From: an uncultured delta proteobacterium
GTDB lineage: Bacteria; Desulfobacterota; Binatia; UBA9968
Length of the DNA stretch: 64,000 bases
Assembly: GCA_963755715.1 (NCBI GenBank)
Contig: CAVWLW010000004.1
Coordinates: 1-64,000, forward strand
Reading direction: 5' to 3'
Notes under the pieces: model-generated
Seen by the model: only the letters and a program-made list of their open reading frames with translations
Databases searched by the model: none
Told to the model about the DNA's origin: nothing
Part shown: in pieces, positions 62,310-64,000 of the stretch
How positions within the stretch are numbered: position 1 is the first letter of the stretch
Layout of the letters: every line of letters starts with the position of its first letter
Translations under genes and position numbers: made by a program

Positions 62310-62831
62310 GTGGATATGGCGAATCGCGATAGAACACCGAATCCTTGCAAAGAATTGGAAGAAGATCTCGTGCTGCTCCATTACAGCGACCTCGCCGGCG
62401 CCGAACGCCATGCGCTGCAAGATCATTTGGTAAGCTGCGCCGGCTGCACCGGTTATTTAAAAGAGCTGGCGACGCTTTTACCACTGACGGTTAAAGCGGA
62501 CGAACCGTCACAAACTTTTTGGCACGATTACAGCCGCGAACTGCGCCACAAGATCGATGCGGTGAGCGAAAAGCAGTCTTGGCGCCAGCGGCTCAGCGGC
62601 TTTTTTCACCCTTGGTCCATTCCCGCCCTCGCCGGCGCCGCGGTCGTCATGTTGGCACTGACGTTGACCTTCGGCAAAGGAATCTGGCAGAGCAATGATC
62701 TGCCGAAAGACGATGCCGCCATGATCGAGGCGCTCCCGGTAGCGGAAAATTTGGAATTTTTCAAAGCGATGGACGTGCTCGATGACCTGGATCTTTTGGA
62801 GTCCATGGGCAACCAGGGCGACGCCGCCTAG
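62310..62831 (+). CDS. zf-HC2 membrane-bound anti-sigma factor
   Basis: HLVSCAGC (H-x3-C-x2-C), one TM segment, short acidic periplasmic tip. Confidence 0.88.
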   Translation: MDMANRDRTPNPCKELEEDLVLLHYSDLAGAERHALQDHLVSCAGCTGYLKELATLLPLTVKADEPSQTFWHDYSRELRHKIDAVSEKQSWRQRLSGFFHPWSIPALAGAAVVMLALTLTFGKGIWQSNDLPKDDAAMIEALPVAENLEFFKAMDVLDDLDLLESMGNQGDAA

Positions 62832-62848
62832 ACTGACCCGAGGACACA

Positions 62849-63094
62849 ATGCGGTTCTGCGCATGGGTGTTGGCTCTCACCCTAGGCATCTCAGCGGTCG
62901 GTTTTGCCGCGACCAAGGACTCAGAGCCGCCCGATCGTGAGATGTTAAAGATGATGGAGCTCCTGCGCGAAATGGAAATGATCAAACAAATAGACATGCT
63001 GCAGGATATGCAACGTCTGGAAAATAGCGATCCGGTAAAAGACTCAGCGGCGCAGAAATCCGCTCCCGGCAAGAAAAAGGAGACGCCGAAGTGA
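62849..63094 (+). CDS. Small secreted Met-rich helical protein
   Basis: Signal peptide; DREMLKMMELLREMEMIKQIDMLQDM; GAGG RBS; its stop overlaps the next start. Confidence 0.7.
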   Translation: MRFCAWVLALTLGISAVGFAATKDSEPPDREMLKMMELLREMEMIKQIDMLQDMQRLENSDPVKDSAAQKSAPGKKKETPK

Positions 63095-63741
63095 GGTCAC
63101 TGAAAACTGCCGCAAGCTTTCTTTGGCTTTTGGCTCTCCTCATCGTGCCTGCGGCCTGGGCCCAGCCCGCGCCGCGCACCGAGACGTTGGCGCAAAACGA
63201 CAATGACACGTTGGAACGCTGGCAGCGCATGACGCCCGAGCAGAAACAGGAGCTGCGTGACCGATTCCAGCGCTGGAAAAATCTCCCACCCAGTGAAAAG
63301 GAAGAACTGCAGCGGAAGTTTGACAATTGGCGCCGCTTGCCGCCGGAAGAGAAAGCCACGGCGCGGCGCAACTTCGAGCGTTGGCAAAAGTTACCGCCCG
63401 AACAGCGTGAGCGCCTGCAGGAACGCTGGCGCCAATGGCGCGAGCTGCCGCCGGAACGGCGCGAGGAGCTGCAGCGGCGATGGCAACGCATCGAGAATTT
63501 ACCCCCCGAAAAGCGGGAGCAATTGCGGCAAAAGCTCCAAGAGTGGCAACGGCGCTCACCGGAAGAGAAGGCGCAGATACGGGAAAAGGCGCGGGAGCGC
63601 GTGGAACGACTATCCCCGGAAGAGAAACACGAGATAAGAGAAAAACTGCGGGAGATGAAGCAGCGCGGCACGATCGAAGAAAGAAAACAGTTTCGCGAAC
63701 AGTTGCGCGAGAAGATGCAGCAGCGCAACGAAAAGGACTAG
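63091..63741 (+). CDS. DUF3106-like periplasmic repeat protein
   Basis: Signal peptide; about eight 18-aa W-x-x-LPPE-x-[RK] repeats. Confidence 0.85.
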   Translation: MRSLKTAASFLWLLALLIVPAAWAQPAPRTETLAQNDNDTLERWQRMTPEQKQELRDRFQRWKNLPPSEKEELQRKFDNWRRLPPEEKATARRNFERWQKLPPEQRERLQERWRQWRELPPERREELQRRWQRIENLPPEKREQLRQKLQEWQRRSPEEKAQIREKARERVERLSPEEKHEIREKLREMKQRGTIEERKQFREQLREKMQQRNEKD

Positions 63742-63744
63742 CCG

Positions 63745-64000
63745 ATGAACGCCTCACTCAGCGCCGAGCAAAAGGTCATTCATTTTTTGAATCGGACGAG
63801 CTTCGGACCGACGCGCGAATCGGTCGAAAGGATCAACCAACTCGGCTTCCGCGCCTATCTCGACGCGCAACTCGAGCCCGAGACAATTTCCGACAGCCTG
63901 GCCGAAGAGAAAACCGCCGGACTCAAAACCATGCGCCTCAATACCGGCGAGCTGTTCGATCTCTATCCGCCGCCGAAAGTCGCCAAAGAGCGCGGCATGA
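63745..64000 (+). CDS. DUF1800 family protein (5' part, cut by the window end)
   Basis: MNASLSAEQKVIHFLNRTSFGP...GFRAYLDAQLEP. Confidence 0.8.
   Translation, partial: MNASLSAEQKVIHFLNRTSFGPTRESVERINQLGFRAYLDAQLEPETISDSLAEEKTAGLKTMRLNTGELFDLYPPPKVAKERGM

Noticed and set aside
61300-63700. Periodic DNA (21 bp and 54 bp periods) as CRISPR or non-coding repeat arrays
   Set aside because: The periodicity comes from degenerate protein repeats; there are no identical repeats with unique spacers and no cas genes.

Overview
A 64 kb GC-rich bacterial chromosomal window. Gene content and style resemble Candidatus Binatia or a similar deltaproteobacterial lineage (inference only). Many conserved genes are split by single-base indels, mostly in short homopolymers (eno, iscS, surA, mfd, VOC gene, molybdopterin enzyme, M16 protease, znu locus), which points to an imperfectly polished long-read consensus. 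Left part: nth, eno, ftsB-like, a GcvH homologue lacking its lipoyl-lysine, a ComDE-like TPP decarboxylase, a hybrid iscS-iscA-sufB-nifS-rrf2 Fe-S operon with an IscR-like operator, and mfd-surA-pdxA-PMM-uvrA. Middle part: a TIR-TM-Ig-Ig-TPR protein, a lower-GC signalling island (orphan ORF, GAF-PAS kinase, receiver, sigma54 activator, and a sensor-less class III cyclase behind a sigma54 promoter), Mla-like ABC genes and metabolic genes. Right part: a 11.5 kb metal-homeostasis island (MerC-like, NlpC/P60, lipoproteins, porin, ZnuACB-like, ZIP, M16 protease, CDF) and an ECF sigma/anti-sigma/DUF3106/DUF1800 locus. The main find is in the metal island: two paralogous ~97-98 aa leader ORFs, probably leaderless (60629-60922, and 58121-58416, which is hidden by a frameshift and absent from the ORF track). 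Both have the architecture TM-FFLPLHFH-x-CxC-xxGTRAQ-...-R[AG]PP, with exactly 44 residues between CxC and the arrest-type motif. Each is followed by a sequence complementary to the Shine-Dalgarno of the next gene. Together these suggest a metal-sensing ribosome-arrest (translational attenuation) system with an HxH+CxC site instead of the CxxC of known CruR/CutF/DUF2946 leaders.
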